The position numbers were made by a program, and so were the translations under genes. Positions 26,332 through 44,155 of a stretch of DNA of 64,000 nucleotides are shown here, piece after piece. The DNA lies in assembly GCF_009914755.1 (NCBI RefSeq), contig NC_060930.1, one strand, 5' to 3'. Each line of letters starts with the position of its first letter. Positions within the stretch are counted from its first letter, which is position 1. The notes beneath the pieces were generated by a model. The model was not told the DNA's origin, did no database searches, and saw only the letters and a program-made list of their open reading frames with translations. Source of the DNA: the human T2T-CHM13v2.0 reference genome, Homo sapiens.

Positions 26332-27516
26332 GAGAAATATGTTCCAAAAAAAGAAACAAGATAAATCTTCAGAAACAGATTCTAATCAAACAGAGACATA
26401 ATTTATCTGACAAAGAATTCAAATAACCCTCATAAAGAGTCTCACTGAGATCAGGAGAACAATATATTAACAAAGTAAGAATATTGATAAAGAGAAATAT
26501 TAAAAAGTACCAAACAGAAAATATGGAGCTAAAGAACACAATAACTAAACTAAATATTTCACTACAGGAGTTCAACAGCAAACTAGATCAAGCAGAAGAA
26601 GGATGGGAAAACTCAAAGACAGGTCACAAAAAAATTATTTAGTCAGAGGGACAAAAAGATTCAAAAGAGTAAAGAAAGCATAAGGGACTTATGGGGCACC
26701 ATCCAGCAGGTCACTACATGCATTTTGGGAGTCCCATACGGAGAATAAAATCAGCAGCAGAAAATTTATTCAAAGAAATAATGGCTGAAAACTTCCTAAA
26801 TCTGTGAAGGAGATGAAATACAGATTCCAGAAACTCAAATTTCCTAAAATAAGATAAACCCAAAGAAATATACACTAAGGGAAATTATAATCAAATTGTT
26901 AAAAGTCAAAGACAGGGAGTATTTTGAAGGCAGCAGAGGAAAAGCAACTTATGACATACAGTGTAACCCTCAGAAAACTATTAGAGGATTTTTTAAGTGC
27001 AATGATATATTCAAAGTGCTGAAAGACAAAAATTGCCAATCAAGAATACTATACCTAAAACAACAACAAAAATCCTAAACCTGGCAAAACTATCCTTCAA
27101 AAAATTAAAGAGAGATAGGAATTTTCTAGACAAACAAAAGCTGAGGAAGTTCATCACAACTAGACCTGCTTTACCAGAAATGCAAAAGAGTGTTCTTCAA
27201 TGGGAAATAAAACAGCCCTAAATAGCAGTACAGTAGCCTAAGAAAGTATAAAGCTCAATGGTAAAGGCAATATATAAATAATAAAAATACTATATTACTG
27301 TGATTGTGATGGTAAGTCACTTTAAATTTTATCATAAAAATTAAAAGTATTAATTATAACTGAAAATACGTTAATGGATACAAGTATAAATAGATGTACA
27401 TTGTGACATCAACAGCAATAAATGTAGAGTGGGGGAGAAGTAAAAGTGTAATTTTTGCATGGGATTGAACTTGGTTGTTATCAGTTTAAAATAGAGTGTT
27501 AGAAAATATTTATTTA

Positions 27517-28158
<642 letters not shown>

Positions 28159-28440
28159 TAGTAATCACACACACACACACACACACACAATACCTACATA
28201 GGTTATATAAAACAAGAAAGAAAGAAACCCAGTTATAGCAATACAAAATAATCAATGAAACACAAAGAGAGTAAGACAGAAAAAGAGGGACAAGAGAAAT
28301 ACAAGACAGAAATCAATTAACAAAACAGCCATAGTATTAACAAATTATTTCCAATAAATAATATCTTTAAATGTAAATGGATGAAAGTCCCCATTCAAAA
28401 GGCACAAAGAGGCTAAATAAAATTTTTTAAAAGATCCATA

Positions 28441-30626
28441 TATTTGCCAGTCTGTGTCTTTTAACTGGGGCATTTGGCCCATTTATATTTAAAGTTAACA
28501 TTGTTATGTGTGAATTTGATCCTACAATTATGATGCTAGCTGGTTATTTTGCCTGTTATTTGATGCAGTTTCTTCATACCATCGACGGTCTTTACAATTT
28601 GGTATGTTTTCACAGTGGCTTGTACCGTTCATTCCTTTCTTTGTTTAGTGCTTCCTTCAGGAGCTCTTGTAAGGCATGCCTGGTGGTAACAAAATCTCTC
28701 ACCGTTTGCTTGTCTGTAAAGGATTTTATTTCTCCTTCACTTATGAAGCTTAGTTTGGCTGGATATGAAATTCTGGGTTGAAAATTCTTTTCTTTAAGAA
28801 TGTTGAATATTGACCCCCACTCTCTTCTGGCTTGTAGGGTTTCTGCTGAGAGATCTGCTGTTAGTCTTATGGGCTTCTCTTTGTGGGTTACCCGACTTTC
28901 TCTCTGGCTGCCCTTAACATTTTTTCCTTCATTTCAACCTTGGTGAATCTGACGATTCTGTGTCTTGGGGTTGCTCTTCTCAAGGAGTATCTTTGTGGTG
29001 TTCTGTGTATTTCCTGAATTTGAATGTTGGCCTGTCTTGCTAGGTTGGGGAAGTTCTCCTGGATAATATCCTGCAGAGTGTTTTCCAACTTGGTTCCATT
29101 CTCCCCATCACTTTCAGGTACACCAATCAAACATAGATTTGGTCTTTTCACTTAGTCCAATATTTCTTGGAGGCTTTGTTCATTCCTTTTCACTCTTTTT
29201 TCTCTAATCTTGTCCTCTCACCTTATTTCATTATTAAGTTGACCTTCAATCTCTAATATCTTTTCTTCCACCTGATCGATTCTGCTATTGATAGTTGTGA
29301 ATGCTTCAAGAAGTTCCCATGCTGTGTTTTTCAGCTCCATCCTGTCATTTATGTTCTTCTCTAAACTGGTTATTCTAGTTAGCAATTCGTCTAACCTTTT
29401 TTCAAGGTTTTTAGCTTCCTTGCATTGGGTTAGAACATGGTCCCTTAGCTCAGGGGAGTTTGTTATTACCCACCTTCTGAAGCCTACTTGTGTCGATTCG
29501 TCAAATTCATTCTCTGTCCATTTTGGTTCCCTTGCTGGTGAGGAATTGTGATCCTTTGGAGGAGAAGAGGCATTCTGGTGTTTGGAATTTTCAGCCTTTT
29601 TGCACTGGTTTCTCCCCATCTTCATGGATTTATCTATCTTTGATGTTGGTAACCTTCAGATGGGGTCTCTGAGTGGATGTGCTATTCCTTTCTATTTGTG
29701 AGTTTTCCTTCTAACAGTCAGGACCTTCTGCTGCAGGTGTGGTGGAGTTTGCTGGAGGTCCACTCTTGACACTGTTTGCCTGGGTATCACCAGTGGAGGC
29801 TGCAAAACAGCAATGATTGCTGCCTGTTTTTTTCTCTGGAAGCTTCGTCCCAGAGGGGCACCTGACAGATGTCAGCCAGAGCTCTCCTGTATGAGGTGTC
29901 TGTGGGCCCCTACTGGGAGGTGTCTCCCAGTTAGGATACACAAGGGTCAGGGACCCACTTGAGGAGGCAATCTGACCCTCATCAGAGCTTGAACGCTGTG
30001 CTGGGAGGTCCACTGCTCTCTTCAGAGCCATCAGGCAGGGACTTTTAAGTCTGCTGAAGCTGCGCCCATAGCCATCTCTTCCCCCAGGTGCTCTGTCCCA
30101 AGGAGATGGGGGTTTTATCTATAAGTCCCTGACTGGGGCTGCTGCCTTTGTTTTCAGAGATGCCCTGCCTAGAGAGGACGAATCTAGAGAGGCAGTCTGG
30201 CCACAGCAGCCTTGCTGAGCTGCGGTGGGCTCTGCCCAGTTCAAAATTCCTGGCAGCTTTGTTTACACTGTGAGGGTAAAACCGCCTACTCAAGCCTCAG
30301 CAATGGCGGATGCCCCTCCCCCCACCAAGCTAGAGCATCCCAAGTCAACCTCAGGCTGTTGTGCTGGCAGCAAGAATTTAAAGCCAGTGGATCTTAGTTT
30401 GCTGGGCTCCGTGGGGGTGGGCCCAGCCAAGCCAAACCACTGGCTCCCTGGGAGTGAACAGTTCTGTCTCGCTGGCATTCCAGGCAACACTGAGGTATGG
30501 AAAAAAAAAAAAAATTCCTGTAACTGGTTCTGTGTCTGCCGAAACAGCTGCTCAGTTTTGTGCAGGGAACCCAGGGCCCTGGTGGCATAGGCACTGGAGG
30601 GAATCTCCTAGTCTGCAGGGTGCAAA
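28441..30626 (-). mobile_element. L1PA7-like element, inverted 5' segment (5'UTR, ORF1 and start of ORF2)
   Basis: Minus-strand ORFs 29218-29625 (MGRNQCKKAENSK..coiled coil) and 28888-29151 (RPNLCLIGVPE..RRATPRH) are ORF1p; GC-rich 5'UTR at about 29650-30620. Confidence 0.9.
28888..29625 (-). pseudogene. Disrupted L1 ORF1p (N-terminal, coiled-coil and RRM parts)
   Basis: Two ORF-track translations homologous to L1 ORF1p, separated by a frameshift or stop. Confidence 0.85.
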
Positions 30627-33580
<2,954 letters not shown>

Positions 33581-33744
33581 AACATACAAATACTTGCTGC
33601 CTACAAAAAACTCACTTTAGATTTAAGGACACACCTGGTGAAAGAAGTGGTTAAGATATCCCTGGTAGATGGTAACCAAAAGACAGCAGGGATAACTATA
33701 TTATATCAAACATAATAGAATTTAAGTAAAAAATTATCACAAGA

Positions 33745-35694
33745 ACTTCTTTAGTTTAGTTAGATCCTATTTGTAAATTTTGGCTTTTGTTGCAATTGCT
33801 TTTGGTGTTTTCATCATGAAGACGTTGCCCATGTCCTGAATGGTATTGCCTAGGTTTTCTTACAGGGTTTTTATGGTTTTGGGTTTTATATTTAAGTCTT
33901 TAATCCATCTTGAGTTAATTTTTGTGTAAAGTATAGGGAAGGGACCCAGTTTCAGTTTTCTGCCTATGGCTAGCCAGTTTTCCCACCCCCACTTATTAAA
34001 TAGGAGATCCTTTCCCCATTGCTTGTTTTTGTCAGGTTGGTTGAAGATCAGATGGTTGTAGATGTATGATGTTATTTCTGAGACCTCTGTTCTGTTCCAT
34101 TGGTCTATATGTCTGTTTCGGTACTAGTACCAGGCTGTTTTGGTTGCTGTAGCCTTGCAGTATAGTTTGAAGTCAGGTAGTGTGATGCTTCCAGCTTTGT
34201 TCTTTTTCCTTAGGATTGTCTTGACTATGCGGGCTCTTTTTTGGTTCCATATGAAATTTAAAGTTTTTTTTTCTACTTATGTGAAGAACATCAATAGTAG
34301 TTTGATGGGAATAGAATGAACTCTATAAATTACTTTGAGCAATATAACCATTTTCATGATACTGATTCTTCCTATCCATGAGCATGGAATGTTTCTTCAT
34401 TTGTTTGTTTCCTCTCTTATTTCCGGGAGTGGTGGTTTGTAGTTCTCCTTGAAGAGGTTGTTCACATCCTTGTAAGCTGTATTCCTAGGTATTTTATTCT
34501 CTTTGTACCAATTGTGAATGGGAGTTCATTCATGATTTGGCTTTCTGCTTCTCTATTGCTTGTGTATAGGAATGCTTGTGATTTTTACACATTGATTTTG
34601 TATCCTGAAACTTTGCTGAAGTTGCTTATCAGCTTATGGAGTTTTTGGGCTGAGATGATGGGATTTTCTAAATACAGAATTATGTTATCTGCAGAGACAA
34701 TTTGACTTACCCTCTTCCTGTTTGAATACCCTTTGTTTCTGCACAGCAAAATAAACTAGCATTAGAGTGAACAGGCAACCTGTAGAATGAGAGAACATTT
34801 TTGCAGTCTACCCATCTGACAAAGGTCTAATATACAGAATTTAGAAGGAACTTAAAGAAGTTTACAAGAAAAAAACAACCCCATCAAAAAGTGGACAAGG
34901 GATATGAACAGATGCTTCTCTTTTTATGTGGCCAACAAACATATGGAAAAAAACTCATCATCATTGATATTAGAGAAATGCAAATCAAAACCTCAATGAG
35001 ACATCATCTCATGCCAGTTAGAATGGTGATTATTAAAAAGTCAGAAACAATAGATGCTGGCAAGGCTGTGGAGAAATAGGAATGCTTTTACACTGTTGGT
35101 GGGAGTGTAAATTAATTCAATAATTGTGGAAGACAGTGTGGCGATTCCTTAAAGATCTAGAACCAGAAATACCATGTGACCTGACAATCCCAATACTGGG
35201 TATACACCCAAAGGAATATAAATCTTTCTACTATAAAAAACACATGCACACGTATGTTTATTGCAGCACTATTTACAATAGTAAAGACATGGAACCAACC
35301 GAAATGCCCATCAATGATAGACTGGATAAAGAAAATGTGGCACATATACACCATGGAATCTGTGCAGCCATAAACAAGGATGAGTTCATGTCCTTTGCAG
35401 GGACATGGGTGAAGCTAGAAGCCATAATCCTCAGCAAACTAATCCAGGAACAGAAAACCAAACACCACATGTTCTCACTCATAAGGGGAGCTGGACAACA
35501 AGAACACATGGACACAGGGAGGGGAACAACACACAGTGGAGCCTGTTGGGGAGGAGGGGGTAAGGGGAGGGAGAGCATTAGGACAAATACCTAATGCATG
35601 TGGGGCCTAAAACCTAGATGATGCGTTGACGGTGCAGCAAGCCGCCATGGCACATGTATACCTATGTAACAAACCTACGCATTGTGTAAAAAAA
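33745..35694 (+). mobile_element. L1PA8-like 5'-truncated, 5'-inverted insertion (33745-34740 antisense; 34737-35694 sense)
   Basis: 17-bp TSD AAAAAATTATCACAAGA (33728 and 35695); 3'UTR GGACAAATACCTAATGCATGTGGGGCCTAAAACCTAGATG. Confidence 0.9.
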
Positions 35695-38600
35695 AAAAAA
35701 TTATCACAAGAGAAAAAGAAAGTCATTATATAATAGTAAAAGGATCAATTCATCAAGAAATGTAGCAAATTGTTAATATATATGTGCCTAATTTCCGAGC
35801 ACGTAAGGCAAACATTGACATAAGTAAAGGGAGAAATAGCAACTCAATAACATTAAGGAAATTTAATACACTACTTTCAATAATGGATAGAAAAAAAACA
35901 GACAATGAATCAAACTTGAACAACATTATAAATCAAATTGACTTACTAGACTTATACAGAACATTTTGCCAAACAGAAACTAAGTATACATTCTCAAGTG
36001 CAAACAACGTTTTCCAAGATAGATAACATAATAGATAACAAAAGATGTCTGAACAAAATTAAGAAGATTGAATCATATGAAGTATATTTCCTCCCCAACA
36101 TTGAACGAAACTTTAAATAAATAGCAGAAGAAAAATTTAATGATTTACAAGTATGTTGCAGTTAAATAACACACTTTTGAACAACCAGTGATCAAAAAAG
36201 AACTTAAAGAGAAATTAGATATTATCTTGAGGCTCAAAAAATAATGAAACAACATACCAATACTTATCAGATACAGCAAAAGCAGTACTAAGGGGTAAGT
36301 TAATAGTGATAAATTCCTACAGTAAAAAAGGAAGGTCTCAAATAAACAACCTAATACCTTCAGAAACTAGAAAAAAGAATAACAAATTAAGCCCAAATTA
36401 GCAAAAGGAATGAAGCAAGGAAGATTAGAAGAGAAATAAATAAAATAGGAAATAGAGAAACAGTTGAAAAAAGCAATAAAACTAAGAGGTAGTTTTTTGA
36501 AAAAGGTAAAGAAAATTGACAAACCATAAGCTAGACTAAGAAAAAAAAATACTCAAATACATAAAATCAGAACTGAAAGAGGAGACATTACAAATGATAC
36601 CACAGAAGTAAAAACAATCATGAGACTGCTATGAGCAATTATGTGCCAACAAATTGGATAAATTAGAAAGAATAATAAATTCTAGAAGCATACAAACTAC
36701 CAACAAAATCATAAAGAAATAAAAAAAAATCTAAACAGATCTATGCTGAGTAAGAAGATTGAATGAGTAATTAAAAACCTTTTAACAAAAAAAAAAAAAA
36801 AGCCCAGGAACATTTGGCTTCTCTCATGAATTCTACCAAAGTTTTAAAGAAGAATTAACAACAATGCTTTCTAAACTCTTCCAAAAAATTTAAGAGGAGA
36901 AAAAAATTTCAGAACTCATTTATGAGATGGGCATTATCCTAATGCCAAAGCCAGACAAAGATACTACAACAAAATAAAATTAAAAGCCAATGTTCCTGGT
37001 GAATATAATTGCAAATGTCCTTAATAAGATACCACCAGACCAAATCAGCAGCACATTAAAAGGATCATTCACTATGATCTGGTGAGAATTCTTGGAATGC
37101 AAGAATGGTTGAACATATGAAAATCAATTAATGTGATATACCACATTCACATAATAAAGGATAAAAATTACAAATTTATCTCGATAGATGAGGAAAAGCA
37201 GTGTGACAAAGTTAAGCATCTTTTTATTAGAAGAAAAACTTCCCATAAACTATAAATGAAAGCAAATTGCTTCAAGATGATAAAGGCAATATATGAAGGC
37301 AACACAGCTAGCATCATTAAACGCTGAAAAAGGGCCCAAAACTGTTAGAGGTCTCACACTTCTTGATTTAAAAACATATTACAGATTATAAAACTATAGT
37401 AATTAAAACAGTATGATACTGGCATAAAGACACACATATAGACCAGTGGAACAGAATACAGAGCCTAAAAACAAATTTATGCAAATACAGTCAACTGATT
37501 TTTGCAAGGGTATCATGAATACAGAATGGGAAAAGGATAGTCTCTTCAATACATGATGCGGGAAAACTGGATATCCACATCCAAAAATAAATAGGCCCCT
37601 TATATCATATACAAAAAACAGATTAACAAATTTAAATATAATACCTGAAATTGTAAAATTCCTAGAAGAAAACATAGGGGTAAAGTTTCATGACATTAGT
37701 CTTGGCAATGATTTCATAGATATGATGCCAAAAGCAAAGGCAACAAAATAAAAAAATAGAGAAGTGGGACTTCCCTGAACTAAAAACTTGTATACAGCAA
37801 AGGAAACAATCAACACAATTAAAAGGCTACCGATGGAATGGGAGAAAATATTTGCAAACCGTATGTCTGAGTTAATGTCCAAAATTTATAAGAAACTCCT
37901 ACAACTTGATGTCAAATAAACCTAACGACCCAATTATAAATAGACTAAAATCTTGAATAGACATTTCTCCAAAGCAGACATACAAATGGCCAACAGGTAC
38001 TTGAAAAGAAACTCAATGTCATGAATCAAAAAAGAAATTCAAATTAAAACCACAATGAGCTATTATCCCATTGTTGATTGTTCAGATGGCTAATATTATA
38101 AAATGAAAAGACAAGTGAGGATGTGGAGTAATTGTAACTCTTCTACACTGTTGTATGAGAATACAAAATGATGCAACTGCTATGGAAAACAGTATTGAGG
38201 TTCCTCAAAAAATTAAAAATAGAATAACCATATGATCCAGCAATCCTACTTTTGTCTATTTATGCACAATAATTGAAATCAGAATCTCTAAGACATATTT
38301 GGACTCCTGTGGTTTTTCTGAGGCACTATTCACAATAGCCAAGATCTAGAAACAATCTAAATGTTTATCAATAGATGAACAGGTAACGAAAATGTGATTT
38401 GCACAAGCAATGTGATGTTACTCAGCCTTAAAAAGAAAAAGGAGTATTCAGTTACATGTGTGAGTTTTGAAGACATGCTTACTGAAATTAACCAACCACA
38501 GGGACAAATACCATATGATTCAACTTATGTGAAGTATCTAAAATTTAAAAAAATCATAGAATCAGAGAGTGGAATGGTGGCTTTCAAGGGCTAGCAGGAG

Positions 38601-38879
38601 GGGAAAACAGGGATTTGCTAATCAATAAGCATAAATTTTTAGAGACTCAGGATGAGTAAGTTATGGAGATCTGCTGTGCCACATTGTGCCTATAGTTAAC
38701 AGTACTATAGCGTACAACTTAAACATTTCCTAAGAGGCTAGATACCATGTTGAGTGTTCTTATCACAGCCAAACAAATAAAAATAAAATAAAAAATGAGA
38801 AAAGTTTTAATAATGCCCAATATTTACTTTCTCCCTCAATCTTTACCTTCCCTTAAACATTTCATTAAAAAAGTAAACC

Positions 38880-40460
38880 TCCTCACAGTATCTCAATCAC
38901 AGGATAAGTCAAAATACATTGTAATTGAGGCTTATCTCCCCTACCGGACAATATATGGGATAGAGACCATGTCCGTTTTCTTCATAATTTTATCTCAGAT
39001 GTCTTGTATAGGCCATTATTCCATACGAAGGAATTCTCTACTTAACCAGTAAACAGATTCTGGGATTTTAAAAAATAACTCATTTAATCTACAACCCACT
39101 GCATTCTGTTTTTCTTGTGCATAATTTCTTTAAAACTATTCTTGCCATGGCCATTTTTCTAAATTCCATGGAAATTTTAAAGGCCCTAATTTACCTGACT
39201 ATATTATAATAGTTTTAAACTGCTTGACCACACCTGTCTGGAAATTGTCAATTCCTTAATTTACATAAAAATACTGATTTTTCTTCTCTCATTTTTTAGT
39301 AATCTTGTATCTCTTTCTCCTCTTCCTTTGAACATGCTAATCATCTTGATATTTTATAGAGTTCCATTTTCAATCCTTCTGTCATTTAATCTCACCTAAA
39401 GTATTCCAAAATTTTGAAAGCCATCTACAATGTGAGAAACTTCAGTATAATAATTGTCAGCTTTTCCAAAACCATATAACCTGTTCCCCACTGGATATCC
39501 CCATATGAACTTCAAGTTCATTACATACAAAAATAAGCCGATTATCTACCAATCACCTCCTTCTTCACTCTAAGTCTGCTTTAATTCTTTATTCCCTGTA
39601 CCAGTTTTTGGTCCAGCCTTCCAGCCTGCTGTCAACACCATTAAATAGGAAACCATCATTCAGTTCTCCTTTTTATTCAAGTAATCAGTTATCAAATCCT
39701 GTTGGCTCTGTTTGTACTTCTTTATTTGCCTAACTCTTTTTCACTTTTTCCACAACTTTAGAAGTTGCCATCTTCAGTTTTCACTGAAATTATCAAAATA
39801 ACTTCCTGTACCCCAAATACTTACTTACTTCAACCTATTATTTACATTGCTGCCAAAGTAAATGTATCTACAATATATGATTAAATCATTCCCTATTAAA
39901 AATCCTTTAGCTGTTTTTCATTGCCTTTAATAAAAAGGATAACTCACTTAATGAAACTCTCATACTCCTCTCTAAATTAACATCTGGTTCCCCATTCGTT
40001 TCCAGTCACCTCTAATTTCCTTTTGGCCACAGTGCCAGACATATTAGGTTGGTGCAAAAGTAACTGTGGTTTTTGCCATTGAAAGTAAACCACAGGTGCT
40101 TTTGCGCCAACCTAGTAGAAACTATTCTAAGTCCCACCAGTATACTAGATCTCTCTCTCCTCAAGTTGTTGCATGTGCTTCCTCCTTCCACTTGGACAAC
40201 TATCTCTGAGATTTCAATCACCATCTCTTTCCTGAAGTTTACTCTAAACTTGCTCTGTCTTCAAAGTTCACCTTTGGGGAACCCTGTATATATTCTATTA
40301 ACATTCACTGTAGTTCTATCATAGAAATTGTTATCCTGTATTAAGTTCTTCTCTCTTCCTCACCCTTTGCAATATTGCATTATATTGAAACCACGTAAAA
40401 GTAAAAATACTTTGTCATTTCTGAAGCACAATTTTGACACAATGCAATTCCTTTATTAGA
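38880..40460 (+). mobile_element. L2 fragments
   Basis: CCCACTGGATATCCC..CTTCAAGTTCA, TCAAATCCTGTTGGCTC and CATTGCTGCCAAAGT L2-like motifs. Confidence 0.5.
40044..40115. mobile_element. MADE1 mariner MITE (palindromic)
   Basis: TA|TTAGGTTGGTGCAAAAGTAA...CTTTTGCGCCAACCTAG|TA; Hsmar1 TIRs with TA TSD. Confidence 0.92.
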
Positions 40461-40467
40461 GACCTCG

Positions 40468-40630
<163 letters not shown>

Positions 40631-43600
40631 TGTTACTGATTTGGAGTGACTGAAACCAGAATAATAATTCCACCAGAAATTCTCTTTCAGGAGGTACATT
40701 TTGGTTTTCAATATTAGTATTGTATGTAAATGTCTGTAGATTTTATTGTTAAAAATTCACTATTTTTTTCCATGTGGGTTTTTGCTTTTAAAAAGTGCTG
40801 TCTATGGATGTAGATAATTTATAGGAATTTGTTAACTTTTTCAGACTAGTTATAGTTTATTTTTATACACATGGTGATCATTCATTAAATGACCTCCTTT
40901 TCTCTGAAAGTGTTCATGCTCTTGCATATATATATCTCTCTTACACTTTACCTGGAAGTTATATTTAAACTAATAAATTATGTGCTGTGAAATTCATTCA
41001 ACTGGTTTGAGAAAACTGTAGGAAACTCTTAACAATGTTTTAATTGTTTCCACTGGGTGTATTTGTCTATAATGGAAAAGCTAAAGAACTCAAACCTTAA
41101 TGTGTTTCCTTACTATGTGGTGGAAAACAATTTTGAAAGTTAAACACAAGGTTAGGAATACAACAGAGAGACAGAGGTTGAGCTTTTGATTCAGAAAAGG
41201 GAATTCATGACATTCTAAAATTGTGATTCATCAAATTTGAAATTTCTTTCATCTCCCCTTTGTGTATAGGCTCAACAATACTACTATCTGGGGACATAAT
41301 ACAATATTATATGATACTAAGTACCTAAAAATACAGAATATCAAATTATAATAATTTTGTATAAATATTTGAGAGTTATTTGAAAAAATGTCATTATTTT
41401 GAAATTCATTGTTGTAATTAGCACCATCTTAATATGTGTCTTACTTTTGGGAATGATTCATAAACTATAATATTTAAATAATGTTTCCACTGATATTCTT
41501 AGCAATTTTTATTTTAGATTGATTGGACTGAACTCTTTGGAATGGATTTACATTTCTATTTATTAATATAATATACATATGTTCCTTTTGTAAACAGTCA
41601 AATGGAGTAGGAATAGATATTTCTGACATAAAGCTGACTGAGCCAAAAGTTAAAATGAAACTGATATGGTGAAATAAAACCGGTTCTATATTCATTTTTC
41701 TGCCTACTGGAAAATTGGGATATCTGATATAATGCAGAGAATTAGTGATTTCAGTTTCCGAAAAAGATGTAAACATCTTTTGATGTTGTTGTTATATAGA
41801 ATTTTGATACTGGGGCATTGCAATCTGCAGAGTTAGTATTGGACAATGTGTGCCACATTAGATGTGTTAATTTCATGCAGGATGTAGTATTAGTATCATT
41901 ACATTGCCCTCGTAAAGAATGTCACTCATTATTTCACTTAATGGTTATGCCCTGAAAACTCCGAAGGCCCTGGTGGATATTTTCATTAAGGTGACATCTA
42001 GGGACAGTTAATGAGAATGGCTTGAGAAAGTTGGTTTCCTTTTAGGTAATGTACGAAAAGTAAAAACCAGAGGAAAATAAGGTATTTATCTAAGTGACTT
42101 TGTTTATTCAAGGGTTTAATTGTGGTTCTTATTGCAACTTACCTTAGACCTTTCCCTATGTGTTTACCAGGTTCCAAGAGACATTATTTATCCTTTAGCA
42201 GAATCTTTATATCCTGAAGTTTCATTTTAAAGATTATTTTCTGTTTTTATTTTATTTTCTGGTTTACCCACAGCCTTGCCGCCTTCCATGTTAAAGTCTT
42301 GTATTCATTTATTCCTCCTTGAAATTATATCTATCAATTTCTAGGCCATATGCTCTGGATAACTCATTTTGATGGGTGCTCGAAATTGTAAATGTTAACC
42401 ACAGTAGAAAAAGAAATTTTAACGTGTGCAAGCAAATGTTCTCGAACATCAGCAGTAAAAAAAATCCCAACTAAAAACTCCTACCAAAGACAATTTGATC
42501 ATAAACCTCTCAAGCAGAAAATTGGCAATCACTGTAGAAACAATTCCTCAGGAAGGTATTCAACTTTCAAATAACCCTGAAATAAAGCAACCCAATGACC
42601 TTTGCTTTCCAAAGATGAAACCTTACTCCTCCCTTCATATCAGGATCCTCTAGAAAGCAAGCCTTGGGTAAAACAGGAAGAGAGTCACCGGGAGGTGTGA
42701 GCCTTCTGTAATGCATGGAAGGTAAAAATACGTGCTCCTTCTTTACTGAACATTAAAGAGGATTCAATTAGTTCCAAAGCCTTTGGGAAATGGTACAGGT
42801 TTGAATGGTATCAGTTGTATCAAGATCATAAAGACAGACACCAGGGCTCATTAAGCACTCAGCGAATGGAAGTATGCCCCTAGCTTTTTATACAATTCAA
42901 CACAACTGGTCCTAGTCTGGAATCATTAGGAATATAATCAAGAAACAGCAGTGAATTTTTTGTTGTGTTTCTTTCAGTTTACTTTTAAAGATTATCCTTA
43001 GCATTTTAGACATTTGGTAGGTGTAGTATGTCCCTAAGTCTCTGCTCCTTTAACACTATATGCTTATGTCGTATGCATACATTATACTTATGCATAAAAA
43101 TATATTCAGACTCCACTGTTTCTTCTTTCACTTCAACATGAATTCTAGATGATTACATTTGAATATATGTGTGTATATATATATATTTTCAGCTGCTAAT
43201 AACTTCTACAATAAATATGAATTTGAATTTAGAAAAGACATTGGGAATTATAGAAAATGTACTGTGACATTTACCTTAAACCATCATGACAAAACTCACT
43301 TCCCACAAGTCACTAAGATAACCATATCATAATTGAAAAATTAAATATAACCTAAACATTTAAATGTGAAAATATACCTGCCCCATAATAAACAAATCAG
43401 AAAGCATATAAATATGTATTGTGGAGGGAAAATCCAAGTCCTGTTTTCTTACATTTATGATATACTCAATTATAAAATGTTGTTTATCTTTGTCTTTCCT
43501 AACCTACTATTTTCATGAAAAGGAGATTTCAGATTACAATATTTTAAAGGCAACAACATGTAGGAAATTGTACTATGAACCAAAGACAACCACAAAAATT

Positions 43601-43860
43601 GAAATGTACTTAAGAACTCAAAGCTATATATAGTATGTATAGGTGGACAAAAAGATCCATTCACCTCACAACTGTAAATCTCATCAATTAGAGGGCAGAA
43701 AGGAAACAGGCAAATGTAGAGGGTGGAAGGAGCCACTGACCTAGGTTGGAGTTCTAGGCTTCCCAGTGCTTTCTGAACGTGATTCTCTAGGATCCTCAGT
43801 TCATCTCTTTCATCTCTAAAGGTTTATAAATATAAGTGATTATGAGCTTGATTCTTCAGA

Positions 43861-44155
43861 TTTTTTTTTTTTTTTTTGAGATGGAGTCTCACTGTCGCCC
43901 ATGCTGGAGTTCAGTGGTGCCATCTCTGCTCACTGCAATCTCTGCCTCCAGGGTTGAAGCAATTCTCCTGCCTCAGCCTCCGAGTAACTGGGATTACAGG
44001 GGCCCGCCCCCATGCCCGGCTAATTTTTGTATTTTTAGTAGAGACGGGTTTCACCATGTTGGTCAGGCTGGTCTTGAACTCCTGACCTCAGGTGATTCGC
44101 CAGCCTTGGCCTCCCAAAGTGCTGAAATTACAGGCATGAGCCACTGCGCCTGGCC
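43861..44155 (-). mobile_element. AluSx-like Alu
   Basis: Full dimer, T17 tail, GACCTCAGGTGAT. Confidence 0.9.
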
